DNA of 64,000 bases from assembly GCA_963704165.1 (NCBI GenBank), contig CAVPHD010000012.1:150532-214531 (forward strand), read 5' to 3'. The translations under genes and the position numbers were made by a program. Origin of the DNA: an uncultured delta proteobacterium. Lineage in GTDB: Bacteria; Myxococcota_A; UBA9160; SZUA-336. Below the pieces are notes generated by a model. The model searched no databases. It had not been told where the DNA came from and saw nothing but the letters and a program-made list of their open reading frames with translations. Positions 19,523-28,590 of this stretch are shown here, in pieces. Within the stretch, counting starts at the first letter, position 1. The number at the start of each line of letters is the position of its first letter.

Positions 19523-20406
19523 CAGTCGCGAAACCGCGGCACGCGATCCACGAGCCCGTTGATCCCGAGCCGCTCGCAGAATGCGCCGAGGCGATCGCGA
19601 TCGGCGCCCTTCCAGTGCAGCTCGTCGAGCCGGGTCCGGATCGGCAGATCCTCGCGCATGCGCACGAGCGAGCGCGCGAGCGCGATCGCTTCGGTGTTCT
19701 CGGCCAGCGCACGCGCCACGCGCGCGGCTCCGCGCACGCCGACGCCCGCCCACTCGCGCGGGTCCGCGGGGATGTCCTCGATCCGGCCGAAGGACCGCAG
19801 CAGCAAGGCCGCGGTCTTCGCCCCGATCCCCGGCACCCCGGGGATGTTGTCCACGGCGTCACCGACGAGTGTCAGGAAGTCGGGAACCAGATCGGGCGCG
19901 ACCCCGAGCCGGGCTTCGATTTCGGCCGGGCCGAGCAACGATTCCGAGCGCGGGTCGAAGAGCGAGACGCGCTCCGAGACGAGCGCGCCGAGGTCCTTGT
20001 CGCTGCTCGCGATCACCACGTCGGCGCCGGCGTCGAGCGCGTGCGCGGTCATGGTCGCGATCACGTCGTCGGCCTCGAAGCGCTCGACGCCGAAGACCGG
20101 CACGCCGAGGGCGCGCGTGACCTCGTCGCAGAGGGCGAACTGCGGCTCGAGATCGGCGGGCGCCTCCGTGCGTCCGGCTTTGTAGCCCGGGTACAGATCG
20201 TTCCGGAAGCTCGTGAGTGCGAGGTCCCAGGCCGCCGCGAAATGCGTCGGCTTCTCCCGGACCAGCAGCTTCACGAGCTGCGATGCGTAGCCGCGCACGG
20301 CTCCGGTCGGCGTGCCGTCGGGAGCGCGCAGATCCGGCATGGCGTAGTAGGCTCGGAAGATCTGGTAGTGCGAGTCGAGCAGCCAGAGCGTCGGGCCCGA
20401 ACTCAT
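19522..20406 (-). CDS. Stand-alone 5'-3' exonuclease / flap endonuclease
   Basis: FRAYYA, YPGYKAGR, EADDVIAT, SDKDL, LVGDAVDNIPGVPGIGAKTA. Confidence 0.93.
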   Translation of the reverse strand: MSSGPTLWLLDSHYQIFRAYYAMPDLRAPDGTPTGAVRGYASQLVKLLVREKPTHFAAAWDLALTSFRNDLYPGYKAGRTEAPADLEPQFALCDEVTRALGVPVFGVERFEADDVIATMTAHALDAGADVVIASSDKDLGALVSERVSLFDPRSESLLGPAEIEARLGVAPDLVPDFLTLVGDAVDNIPGVPGIGAKTAALLLRSFGRIEDIPADPREWAGVGVRGAARVARALAENTEAIALARSLVRMREDLPIRTRLDELHWKGADRDRLGAFCERLGINGLVDRVPRFRD

Positions 20407-22106
20407 CCGCGCTTCTGGACCAGCACCGCCACGACGTCGCCGAGCGCGACTTCCGCGACCGTGCCGGTCGCGCGCTCCGCGAGCTCGACGCAGCCCTTCG
20501 CCAGCGCACGCGGTCCCGGCACGATCCGGAACGGAATGCCGACGAGATCGGCATCCTTGAACTTCACGCCCGGCCGCTCGTCGCGATCGTCGAGCAGGAC
20601 CTCGAACCCCGCGGCCGAAAGCTCCGCGTAGAGCTGCTCGGACTTCTCACGCTGCTCCGGATCGCTGGCCTTCACCGTCGACACCACGACGTCGAAGGGC
20701 GCGATCGAGCGCGGCCAGATGATCCCGTTCTCGTCGTGGTGTGCCTCGATCGCGGCGGCCATGATGCGCTCGATGCCGAGCCCGTACGATCCCATCACGA
20801 TCGGCACCTCGACACCCTCGGCGGTCAGCACGCGCGCGCGCATGGGTTCGGAGTAGCGGAGCCCGAGCTTGAAGATGTGGCCGATCTCGATGGTCTTCTT
20901 GGTCTCGAGCGGCTTTCCGCAGCTCGCGCACGCTTCGCCGGCCCGCGCGTTGCGCAGATCCGCCCACGCGACGTTCGGAAGGTCGCGCGACACATCGACG
21001 TGTCGCAGGTGGAACTCGTTCTCGTTCGCTCCGGTCGTCATCTCGCGCCGGCCTCGCAGCGACTCGTCGGCGTGGATCGCGAGTTTCGCGACGCCGACGG
21101 CGCCGAGGCTGCCCGGCAGCGCGCCGAGCGCCGCGCGGCACTCCTCCGGACCCGCGGGCCGGAAGTGCGACGAGCCCGTCGCCTCGGCGAGCTTCACCTC
21201 GTTCAGCTCGTGATCCCCGCGCAGCAGGAAGAGCGTGACCCGGTCGTCGACGAGGTAGACGAGCGTCTTGATCTGGCGTTCCGGCGCGGCGCCGCCGTTC
21301 ATGCGCGCGAGATCCTCGATCGTCCGCACGCCCGGCGTGGGGAACTTCTCGAGCGCGCCCGAGCTCGCGGGATCCTCGACCGGCGATGGCCGCGACACCG
21401 CCTTCTCGAGATTCGCGGCGTACCCGCAGGCCCCGCAGGTGACGATCCAATCCTCGCCGGCGTCGGAAACGGCCATGAACTCGACGGACTCGCTTCCGCC
21501 CATCGCGCCCGAGGACGCCTGCACCGGAATCGACTCGACGCCGCAGCGCGAGAAGATCCGCCGGTAGGCGTCGGCGTGCTTCTGGAACGAGACGTCGAGC
21601 CCCGCGAGGTCGGCATCGAAGGAGTACGAGTCCTTCATCGTGAACTCGCGCCCGCGCAGCACGCCGGACTTGGGTCGCGGCTCGTCGCGGAACTTCGTGC
21701 CGATCTGGTACCAGATCTGCGGCAGCTGCCGGTAGCTGCGAAGGCCGTCGCGCGCGAGCGTGGTGAAGATCTCCTCGGCCGTCATCGCGAGCGCCATGTC
21801 GGTCTGCTTGCGGTCGCGAAGCCGGAAGAGCTCGTCGCCCACCGAATCCCAGCGCCCCGACTCCTTCCACGGCTCGGCGGGATGGAGCATCGGCAGTCGG
21901 AACTCCTGTGCGCCGATTCGCGACATCTCCTCGCGAACGATCGCCTCGATCCTGCGCGCGACCCGATCGGCGAGCGGCAGCTTCGAGTAGATCCCCGCGC
22001 CGAGCTGACGGATCAGTCCGGCGCGAAGCATCAGGCGGTGGCTCGTGGCCTCGGCATCGGCCGGGACTTCGCGGAGGGTCGGGATGAACATCTGGGACCA
22101 GCGCAT
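20403..22106 (-). CDS. proS: Proline--tRNA ligase
   Basis: SHRLMLRAG, KFRDEPRP, REFTMKDSYSF, INS editing domain, IEIGHIFKLG, PGVKFKDADLVG. Confidence 0.98.
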   Translation of the reverse strand: MRWSQMFIPTLREVPADAEATSHRLMLRAGLIRQLGAGIYSKLPLADRVARRIEAIVREEMSRIGAQEFRLPMLHPAEPWKESGRWDSVGDELFRLRDRKQTDMALAMTAEEIFTTLARDGLRSYRQLPQIWYQIGTKFRDEPRPKSGVLRGREFTMKDSYSFDADLAGLDVSFQKHADAYRRIFSRCGVESIPVQASSGAMGGSESVEFMAVSDAGEDWIVTCGACGYAANLEKAVSRPSPVEDPASSGALEKFPTPGVRTIEDLARMNGGAAPERQIKTLVYLVDDRVTLFLLRGDHELNEVKLAEATGSSHFRPAGPEECRAALGALPGSLGAVGVAKLAIHADESLRGRREMTTGANENEFHLRHVDVSRDLPNVAWADLRNARAGEACASCGKPLETKKTIEIGHIFKLGLRYSEPMRARVLTAEGVEVPIVMGSYGLGIERIMAAAIEAHHDENGIIWPRSIAPFDVVVSTVKASDPEQREKSEQLYAELSAAGFEVLLDDRDERPGVKFKDADLVGIPFRIVPGPRALAKGCVELAERATGTVAEVALGDVVAVLVQKRG

Positions 22107-22161
22107 GGGGGCCGTAATCTAGCCGGTAAAGTCGCGCCCTTCCCGGGGCCGATGGGCGGGC

Positions 22162-22755
22162 ATGGCACGATCGACGTCCGTTCGGGTGGTGTTCGCGCTG
22201 TCGCTGGCCCTGGGCCTTTTCTGCCTGGCCGCGAACGCCAGCGCTCAGGCCTACAAGTACGAGGACGACCGCGGGCGCATCCACTTCACCGAGAACCTGC
22301 ACGACATCCCGGCGAAGTACCGCGGCCAGATCGAGACGCGCGACATGCCCGTGCACGTGCCCGAGCCCGGCTCGGCCGAGGAGGCTTCCGCTCCGCCCGC
22401 GGAGGGCAGCGTGGCCGCCTCGTTCCAGCAGGCGCTTGCGCAGGAGAGCGGCCAGTCGCTCTCGGGCGAGCAGCAGGCCGCGCTGAACGCCTGGATGAAG
22501 CGCTGGGTCGTCCCGGCCGCGATCTCGATCCTCTTGAACATCGCGGTCGCGCTCGGTCTCGTGATCCACGCCTTCAACCAGGGGCACATCGGTTGGGGAC
22601 TCGCGAACTTCTTCCTCGGATTCACGACGCCGGTCTATCTGTTCGTACACGTCGAGCAGAACCTCTCGGTCCGGCTCGGCCTTTTCGCGCTGATGGTCTC
22701 GCCGCTGATCGTCGGCGGCATGGCCGTCGCGCAGCTGGCGAGCGTCCTCACCTAG
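22162..22755 (+). CDS. DUF4124-domain membrane-anchored protein
   Basis: Signal peptide; YKYEDDRGRIHFTEN..IPAKYR motif; C-terminal TM helices. Confidence 0.7.
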   Translation: MARSTSVRVVFALSLALGLFCLAANASAQAYKYEDDRGRIHFTENLHDIPAKYRGQIETRDMPVHVPEPGSAEEASAPPAEGSVAASFQQALAQESGQSLSGEQQAALNAWMKRWVVPAAISILLNIAVALGLVIHAFNQGHIGWGLANFFLGFTTPVYLFVHVEQNLSVRLGLFALMVSPLIVGGMAVAQLASVLT

Positions 22756-23537
22756 CGGGCGGCATCCGCGAGCGACGCGAACGGCTCCCCCCAGGCGTAG
22801 GGGAGATCGACGAGGATGCCGCCGCGGTCCGCGGTCTCGGCCAGGTGCAGCGCGTCGAGCAGGATCGCTCGCTGCGTCGCGCGGTCACCCGCGCGGCCGA
22901 ACGGATTGCCCATCGGGAAGTTCACGAAGACCGAGCGCGGCGGCAGCACCTGCGCGGTGAGATCGCGCCCGGTCGAAACCAGCACCGTTGGAATTCCCGA
23001 AGCCTCGATCACCCGTGCGACCAGACCCACGGTCTGGTGGTCGAGCGGTCAGGAAGGCACGAGCACGAAGAGATCGACTTTGTCGCGCTCGAGCTCGCGC
23101 GCGAGCGCGGGCGCAGACTCGTTCACGACGACGTTGCGCGTGTAGATGCGGCCCATGAAGCCGCTCCACATCCGGTCCGCGAGCGCGCCGATCAGGCCTT
23201 CGGCAGCGAGCTCGCGAAGCCGGTCGAGCGGGAAGATGCAGTTGAGATCGCGGTCGGCGTCACGGTGATCGTAGTAGCTGTCGTGGATCTGGAAGTCCGA
23301 CGTCGGGGCATCGGACGCGACTTCGTCGAGCCGCAGGTCGTTCTTCGCGTCCGGATTCCACGGCGCCGCGGCGCAGCGCGAGACCCCGCCCGAGGTCAGC
23401 ATCGATACCCGGCACTCGCGGAGCGGTTTGCGAAGCGGCGTCAGATCGGCGCTCGTGTTCACCGTCCAGCGGTAGGGCGGAAATCCCTGTGAGGCGTAGC
23501 GTCGGTTCAGCAGGTCGACGTAGCGAACGGGTTCCAT
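22752..23537 (-). CDS. GrdB/PrdB-like reductase selenoprotein (Sec at in-frame UGA 23049-23051)
   Basis: Two same-frame ORFs joined by one TGA give LVPS-U-PLDHQTVGLVARVIEASGIPTV; N-part has TSGGV and D.NCIFPLDRL; SECIS-like hairpin follows. Confidence 0.85.
23021..23037 (-). promoter_or_regulatory. Candidate bacterial SECIS element
   Basis: CCAGACC-GUG-GGUCUGG 7-bp stem starting 11 nt 3' of the UGA. Confidence 0.7.
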
Positions 23538-23549
23538 TCGCGAAGCATA

Positions 23550-24962
23550 CTACGGACACACCGGTGTCGACTCCGGCTGGACTCCCGAGAGCAGGAAGCG
23601 GGTGACGGGTCCATCGACGCAGGCGATGCCGCGCCCAAACGCGGTGTGGGCCTGCGTCTCGACGCTGATCAACGTCGAGCCGGGAAGTGCCCGGGACAGA
23701 CGCTCGCCCCAGACGTACGGCGTCAGCGGATCCCCGCGACCGGAGATCACGAGAACTCGCTCGCCGGCCGCATCGCGGAGCACGACGGGCGATCGCGCGG
23801 GCTTCTGCCAGAACGCGCACGGCAGGAAGCTCGTGAGGTTTGCGACACCGATGTGCGGCGCGACGCGCGCGAGCTCCGGCAGGGCTTCTCGAAACGCCTC
23901 CGGCGACTCGAGTCGGTGCAGATCCGCGCAGAGCACCGCGAGCTGCGCATCGACCCGGAGCCCGGCGGTGCCGTCCGCCTCGCGCCGGAAGTAGCGATCG
24001 GAGAGCCGGACGAAGCCCGCGCCGTCACCCGCCTGCGCGGAGCCGATCGCGAGCGCGAGCTCGCGCCATCCACCGGTGGGCTCGATCACGGCCTCGACGC
24101 TGCCGTACAGGACGTCGGTCGCCTGTGCCGCGCGCAAGCCCCCGGAGCTCGGAATCGGAGCCGACTTCGCGCGCGCGGCGACGGATTCGAGCACGGCGAT
24201 TCGGTGCCAGCCCTCGCGCCCGGCCGCCTCGTCGTACGCGCGCAAGGCGGCCTCGACCGCTTCGGCCTGCTCGCGCGCGAAGGTCAGGAGATCGAAGGTG
24301 GGGTCGATCGCGCCGTCGAGCACCATCGCGCGCACGCGATCCGGATGGAGCCGCGCGTAGCTCGCGCCGAGCGCGGTCCCGTAGGAATAGCCGAGGTACG
24401 AGATCTGCTCTTCGCCGAGCGCCGCGCGCACGCGATCCATGTCGCGCGCGCTCTCCTCGGTGCCCATGAACGGCAGCAGATCGGCGTGATTGCGCGCGCA
24501 CTCCTCGGCGAGCGCGCGGCTCACGGCGACGGTACTCACCCACTCCGCATCGGTCTCGGGCGTCGGATCGAGTTCGAGATACGCCGCCAGGGACTCGCGG
24601 CAATCGAGTCCCCCACTCGTACCGGTGCCGCGCGTATCGAACGCGACCAGATCGAAGCGCTCGCGGAACGCTGCGCCCCAGTGCGGCGCGCCCGCACGGA
24701 GGTAATCGATCGCGGAGATTCCCGGTCCGCCCGGGTTCACGATCAGTACGCCGATCCGCTGCGCCGGTTTCTCCGCCGGCCGTCGCAGGAGCGCGAGCGA
24801 GATCTCGTCGCTCCCGGCTCGGGCGTGATCGATCGGAACGCGGAGCTCGGCGCACTCGAAGCCACCGCCGCAGTCGCGGAAAAGGGCCGATTCACGCTCG
24901 ATCGATTCCGGTTGCGATATGCAGCCAGCCAGGAGGACCGCGACGAGATGGATTCGCCTCAC
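23550..24962 (-). CDS. TAP-like alpha/beta hydrolase (peptidase S33) lipoprotein
   Basis: Lipobox LAGC; NPGGPG, FDTRG, GYSYGT, MVLDG, DPLTP. Confidence 0.9.
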   Translation of the reverse strand: MRRIHLVAVLLAGCISQPESIERESALFRDCGGGFECAELRVPIDHARAGSDEISLALLRRPAEKPAQRIGVLIVNPGGPGISAIDYLRAGAPHWGAAFRERFDLVAFDTRGTGTSGGLDCRESLAAYLELDPTPETDAEWVSTVAVSRALAEECARNHADLLPFMGTEESARDMDRVRAALGEEQISYLGYSYGTALGASYARLHPDRVRAMVLDGAIDPTFDLLTFAREQAEAVEAALRAYDEAAGREGWHRIAVLESVAARAKSAPIPSSGGLRAAQATDVLYGSVEAVIEPTGGWRELALAIGSAQAGDGAGFVRLSDRYFRREADGTAGLRVDAQLAVLCADLHRLESPEAFREALPELARVAPHIGVANLTSFLPCAFWQKPARSPVVLRDAAGERVLVISGRGDPLTPYVWGERLSRALPGSTLISVETQAHTAFGRGIACVDGPVTRFLLSGVQPESTPVCP

Positions 24963-25003
24963 GCGCTCGCAAGCATCGGCGATCGAGTAAGATTCGCGCC
25001 AGC

Positions 25004-25435
25004 ATGGCGGCCGAAAAGCCACGGAAACGCGCAACGCCGGCCAGGGCGCTCGAGCCCATCGAGAGCTGGCGCCAGGACGCCGCGAAGGTCGACGCCCTCG
25101 AGGAGGACGTCGCCAGCGCGCTCGAAGGGAACGACCTGCCGCGGGCCCGGCGGAGCTTCACCGAGTACCGCGAGCAGATCCTCGCCCACCTCGCCCGCGA
25201 GGAGGACATCTCCTTCCCGGCCGCCGAGCGGCGGGCGCCCGCCCAGGGCGGCCCGATCCGGAGCCTCCGGGTGGGCCACATCGGTATCCGCAACGACCTC
25301 GAACGGGTGGCCTCGCACCTGGCCCTGGGCCATTTGGGTGCGGCGCGAGCGGTGTTCTCGGCATTTCAGGAGACCTTTGCCGCCCACGAGCGCCTCGAGG
25401 ACCAGCTGATCGAGCTTCTGCGCAAGACGCCGTGA
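25004..25435 (+). CDS. Hemerythrin/HHE-domain-like protein
   Basis: HLAREE..FP, H, HERLED helical-bundle motifs. Confidence 0.7.
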   Translation: MAAEKPRKRATPARALEPIESWRQDAAKVDALEEDVASALEGNDLPRARRSFTEYREQILAHLAREEDISFPAAERRAPAQGGPIRSLRVGHIGIRNDLERVASHLALGHLGAARAVFSAFQETFAAHERLEDQLIELLRKTP

Positions 25436-25567
25436 TGGCCACGATCGGCTCTGGCTTCGGCCGCTTCGCCGGTTAGAATCGGTCGGCGCCTGGGTCGCGG
25501 GACATCCCACCGATCGCGCGCTGTCCAGGTCGGTCGATACCCCTGCAGGAGTCCCAGCTAGCGGCGC

Positions 25568-26860
25568 ATGGCGGAGTATCGCTTCATCGACAGGGTCGCA
25601 GAGGTCGAGGAGCTAGCCTCGAAGCTCGCACTGGAGAAGGTCGTCGCCGTCGATACCGAGGCGGACTCCTTCTTCCACTACTTCGACAAGCTCTGCCTGC
25701 TGCAGATCTCCGCGTCGTGCGGGACGTTCCTGATCGACCCGCTGTCGATGCCGCCGCGCGGGCTCGAGCCACTGGCGCCGGTGATGCTGAACCCGGCCAT
25801 CCGCAAGGTGTTTCACGCCGCCGACTACGACCTGTTCGTCCTGAGCCGGCACTGCGGAATCACCGTGCGCGGATTGTTCGACACGATGATCTCGGCGCAG
25901 ATGCTCGGCTATCCCGCCGTCGGTCTCGGCGCCCTGGTCGAACGCCACTTCGGCGTGAAGCTCTCGAAGGACCAGCAGCGCACGGACTGGTCGCTGCGGG
26001 CACTCAAGCCCGCCCAGCTCAATTACGCGGCCTCCGACGTGATCTATCTGATCGAGCTCGCCCAGACGCTCGAGCGCGAGCTCACCGAGAAGAAGCGTCT
26101 CGCGTGGGCGAAGGCGGAGTTCGCGGCGCTCGAGCAGCGCCTGTGGCCCGAGCGCGAGTTCGACATGCAGGGCTACCTGCGCATCAAAGGCGCGCGCAAA
26201 CTCACCCCGCGCGGGATCGCGGTCCTGCGCGAGCTGTACCTGTGGCGCGACAAGCGGGCGCGCGAGCTCGACAAGCCGCCGTTCAAGGTGATGGGAAACG
26301 GGACGCTTCTCGATCTGGCTCAGAGTCCGCCGGGCTCGCGCAGGGCGCTCGGCATGCGCAAGGGAATCTCGGAGCAGGTGCTTCGACGCCAGGGTCAGGA
26401 GCTGCTCGAAGCGATCGAGCGCGGAACGGACGGACCGGAGCACCCGCCGCTCGAGCGCAAGCAGCCGACCGGAGAGGGCCGGCGCCGGCTCGACCGTCGC
26501 GGCGAGTCGCGCCTCGACGAGCTCAAGCTCTGGCGCGCGAAGCGCGCGGGAGAGCTGGGCCTCGATCCCGGTGTGTTCTGCCCGAACGCCTCGCTCGAGG
26601 AGATCGCCGCCGTAGCGCCCAAACGCCCCGAAGAGCTCAGTGGGCTCACGGCCGTCAAGCCCTGGTGGATCGAGCAGTTCGGCCCGGAGGTCCTGAAGAT
26701 CCTCTCCGACTCCGACGCGCCGGCGGCCACCGCCGAGGTCCCGAAGCAGACCCGCGCTCAGGCCGCGCCCGATCCCGAGTCCGGGAGCCCGGAGCAAGTC
26801 CCTCGCAAGCGCTCACGGCGAAGTCGGCGGGGATCTCGCGGGGGGCGGCGGCGGCGCTGA
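25568..26860 (+). CDS. rnd: Ribonuclease D (DEDDy exonuclease with two HRDC domains)
   Basis: AVDTEA, KVFHAADYD, FDT, TDWSLR..QLNYAASDV, WRD..AR..DKPP; Arg-rich tail. Confidence 0.92.
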   Translation: MAEYRFIDRVAEVEELASKLALEKVVAVDTEADSFFHYFDKLCLLQISASCGTFLIDPLSMPPRGLEPLAPVMLNPAIRKVFHAADYDLFVLSRHCGITVRGLFDTMISAQMLGYPAVGLGALVERHFGVKLSKDQQRTDWSLRALKPAQLNYAASDVIYLIELAQTLERELTEKKRLAWAKAEFAALEQRLWPEREFDMQGYLRIKGARKLTPRGIAVLRELYLWRDKRARELDKPPFKVMGNGTLLDLAQSPPGSRRALGMRKGISEQVLRRQGQELLEAIERGTDGPEHPPLERKQPTGEGRRRLDRRGESRLDELKLWRAKRAGELGLDPGVFCPNASLEEIAAVAPKRPEELSGLTAVKPWWIEQFGPEVLKILSDSDAPAATAEVPKQTRAQAAPDPESGSPEQVPRKRSRRSRRGSRGGRRRR

Positions 26861-26973
26861 GGAACGCCCGCCCGGGGCGCTCCCATCCCTTCCCGTCCAT
26901 CGCTGGCGCCTCGAGGCGCGAGCTGTGATCAGCGTCACTCTGTTTCTGCCGGCGCGCGTCGCTGTAGAGGGCC

Positions 26974-27423
26974 GTGGCCGCTCAACACTCCGACACCCCC
27001 GCGTGGCTCTTCTCGTTCGTCGATCTGGCCTTCCTGATTCTGCTCGCCATGACGCAGGTCGGGTCGCTCGACGCCGAGAAGGGGCTCGATCTCGGCGAGC
27101 TGATCGTCCCGAGGGTCGGAGAAAAGGCGCCTGCCGACGCGCTGACCGCGGGCGGCGACGCGACACAGGTACGCGTATACCCGCCGGGTGATGCGCAGCC
27201 CGTCTTCGAGCTCGTCCGGGCCGGAGTGCCGAGCGAACGCATCGGCCGCGAAGCGCTTCGCGAGCGCCTGGTCCGACTGCGTGCGGATTCCACGGAGCGG
27301 CCGATCCTCGCGCCGCACGCGGACTCGCGCAGCGAGGATCTGCTCGCCGCCGTGAGCCTGATCGAAGACGCCTGGCCGAGCGAGCGCCGCGCGATGGTTC
27401 AGCGAGTCGAGCTGTCGCATTGA
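26974..27423 (+). CDS. ExbD/TolR/MotB-like stator subunit
   Basis: Single TM with membrane Asp (WLFSFVDLAFLILL); C-terminal ILAPHAD..EDLLAAVSLI is ExbD-like. Confidence 0.7.
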   Translation: MAAQHSDTPAWLFSFVDLAFLILLAMTQVGSLDAEKGLDLGELIVPRVGEKAPADALTAGGDATQVRVYPPGDAQPVFELVRAGVPSERIGREALRERLVRLRADSTERPILAPHADSRSEDLLAAVSLIEDAWPSERRAMVQRVELSH

Positions 27424-28590
27424 GAGCGGACCCGCTCGCCCGCCGATTCGGTCACGGTGCGTCACATTTCCGTGTCGCCGCGGAGCCGCTCGCGCCGGTG
27501 CCGCCGCTCGCGCCACTGGGCGGAGCGGGGAGCGCCGCAGCGACGGTGGTCGCGAGCGGTCTCATCATCTTCGCCGGTCTGCGTGCGCTCGATTCGAGCG
27601 AAACCGAGCCCGGAGCGCTCCGGATCGTGCCGCTGCATGCGCAGGTCGTCGCGCCGGAGCCGGAACCCGAGCCGGAGCCCGAGCCGGAGCTCATCGCCGA
27701 GCCCGAGCCGCCGCCACCGCCTGCGCCTCGCGAGCCCGCGCCCGCGCCCGAGCCGATTCGCGCCCCCGTCGCGAAGCTCGAGCGGATCGAGCCACGACCC
27801 GCGCCCGCGCCGGTCGCGCGCCGCGTCGCGCCTCCGGTCCGGATCGACCCACCGCGCGCGCCAGCCGAGTCCGTCGAGACCGCGACGCGGACCGCGTGGC
27901 GTCCGCCCTCGGTCGAGCCGAGCGCAAGTCCGCGCGCGAATACACCGCCGCGTGTCGCGATCGACGGCATCTCCGGCCCGGCAGAGCCGGTCGCGGAGAA
28001 CCCGTCGCATGTCCGCAGTCTGCCGCCGGGCGTGCCCGCTCCGCGCCGCGTCGTCGCGCCGACGCTTCCGAGCGTGATGCCGCCTGCGGCCGCCGCGCCG
28101 ACACTTCCCGGTGACGGGCCGATCGCGCGCCTGGCCTCGCGCGCGGCTCCGATCGAGGCGCCCGCCGAACGCGGCGCCACGCGCGGTGCCCGGCCGCAGC
28201 ATGTTTCGTTCGCGGGCGCAGCGAGTCCGTCCGCGGCGACGGCCGCGCACGCTCCGGCTTCGGCCGCGCGCGCGCGCGTCGAGGCCGCACCCATGCCCGC
28301 TTCGGCCCGGCGCTCGGAGCCGGAGTCGAAACTGCGTGGCGTGCCGCTCTCCGCGCTCGAGGCCTGCCGAACCGACCAGCGCGAGGACTCGCTCAAGCTC
28401 GCGGTGATCGCCGCCGTCGGAAACAGACATCGAGTGCTCGAACGCCGCGGGGAGCTACCGGTTCGTCGAGACCAAGAACCTGAACGCGTTTCTGATGTGG
28501 ATCGAGCGCGCGCCGGGCCGCGCAGCGGTGGACCGCTGCGGCGAGCTCGCGCACGCGCTCGGTTGTCTGTCACGACCGGGAGCGATGTGA
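27420..28590 (+). CDS. TonB/TolA-like proline-rich protein with Cys-rich C-terminal domain (1-nt frameshift near 28421-28430)
   Basis: N-terminal hydrophobic segment, EP repeat, long Pro/Ala linker; shifted frame gives IECSNAAGSYRFVETKNLNAFLMWIER..DRCGELAHALGCL with stop at 28590 overlapping the next ATG. Confidence 0.7.
27654..27689 (+). repeat. (Pro-Glu)n coding repeat
   Basis: CCGGAGCCGGAACCCGAGCCGGAGCCCGAGCCGGAG, typical of TonB linkers. Confidence 0.85.

Noticed and set aside
20217..23492. Long Arg/Ala-rich ORFs (also 35491-38811, 35571-38579, 54586-57933 and the 5' parts of 9594-12428 and 54804-58970)
   Set aside because: Shadow frames of real genes in high-GC DNA, with no recognisable motifs
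25436..25567. Possible structured RNA leader upstream of rnd
   Set aside because: A TAGAAT -10-like box and short GC pairings exist, but I recognise no riboswitch or ncRNA motif; an Rfam search would be needed
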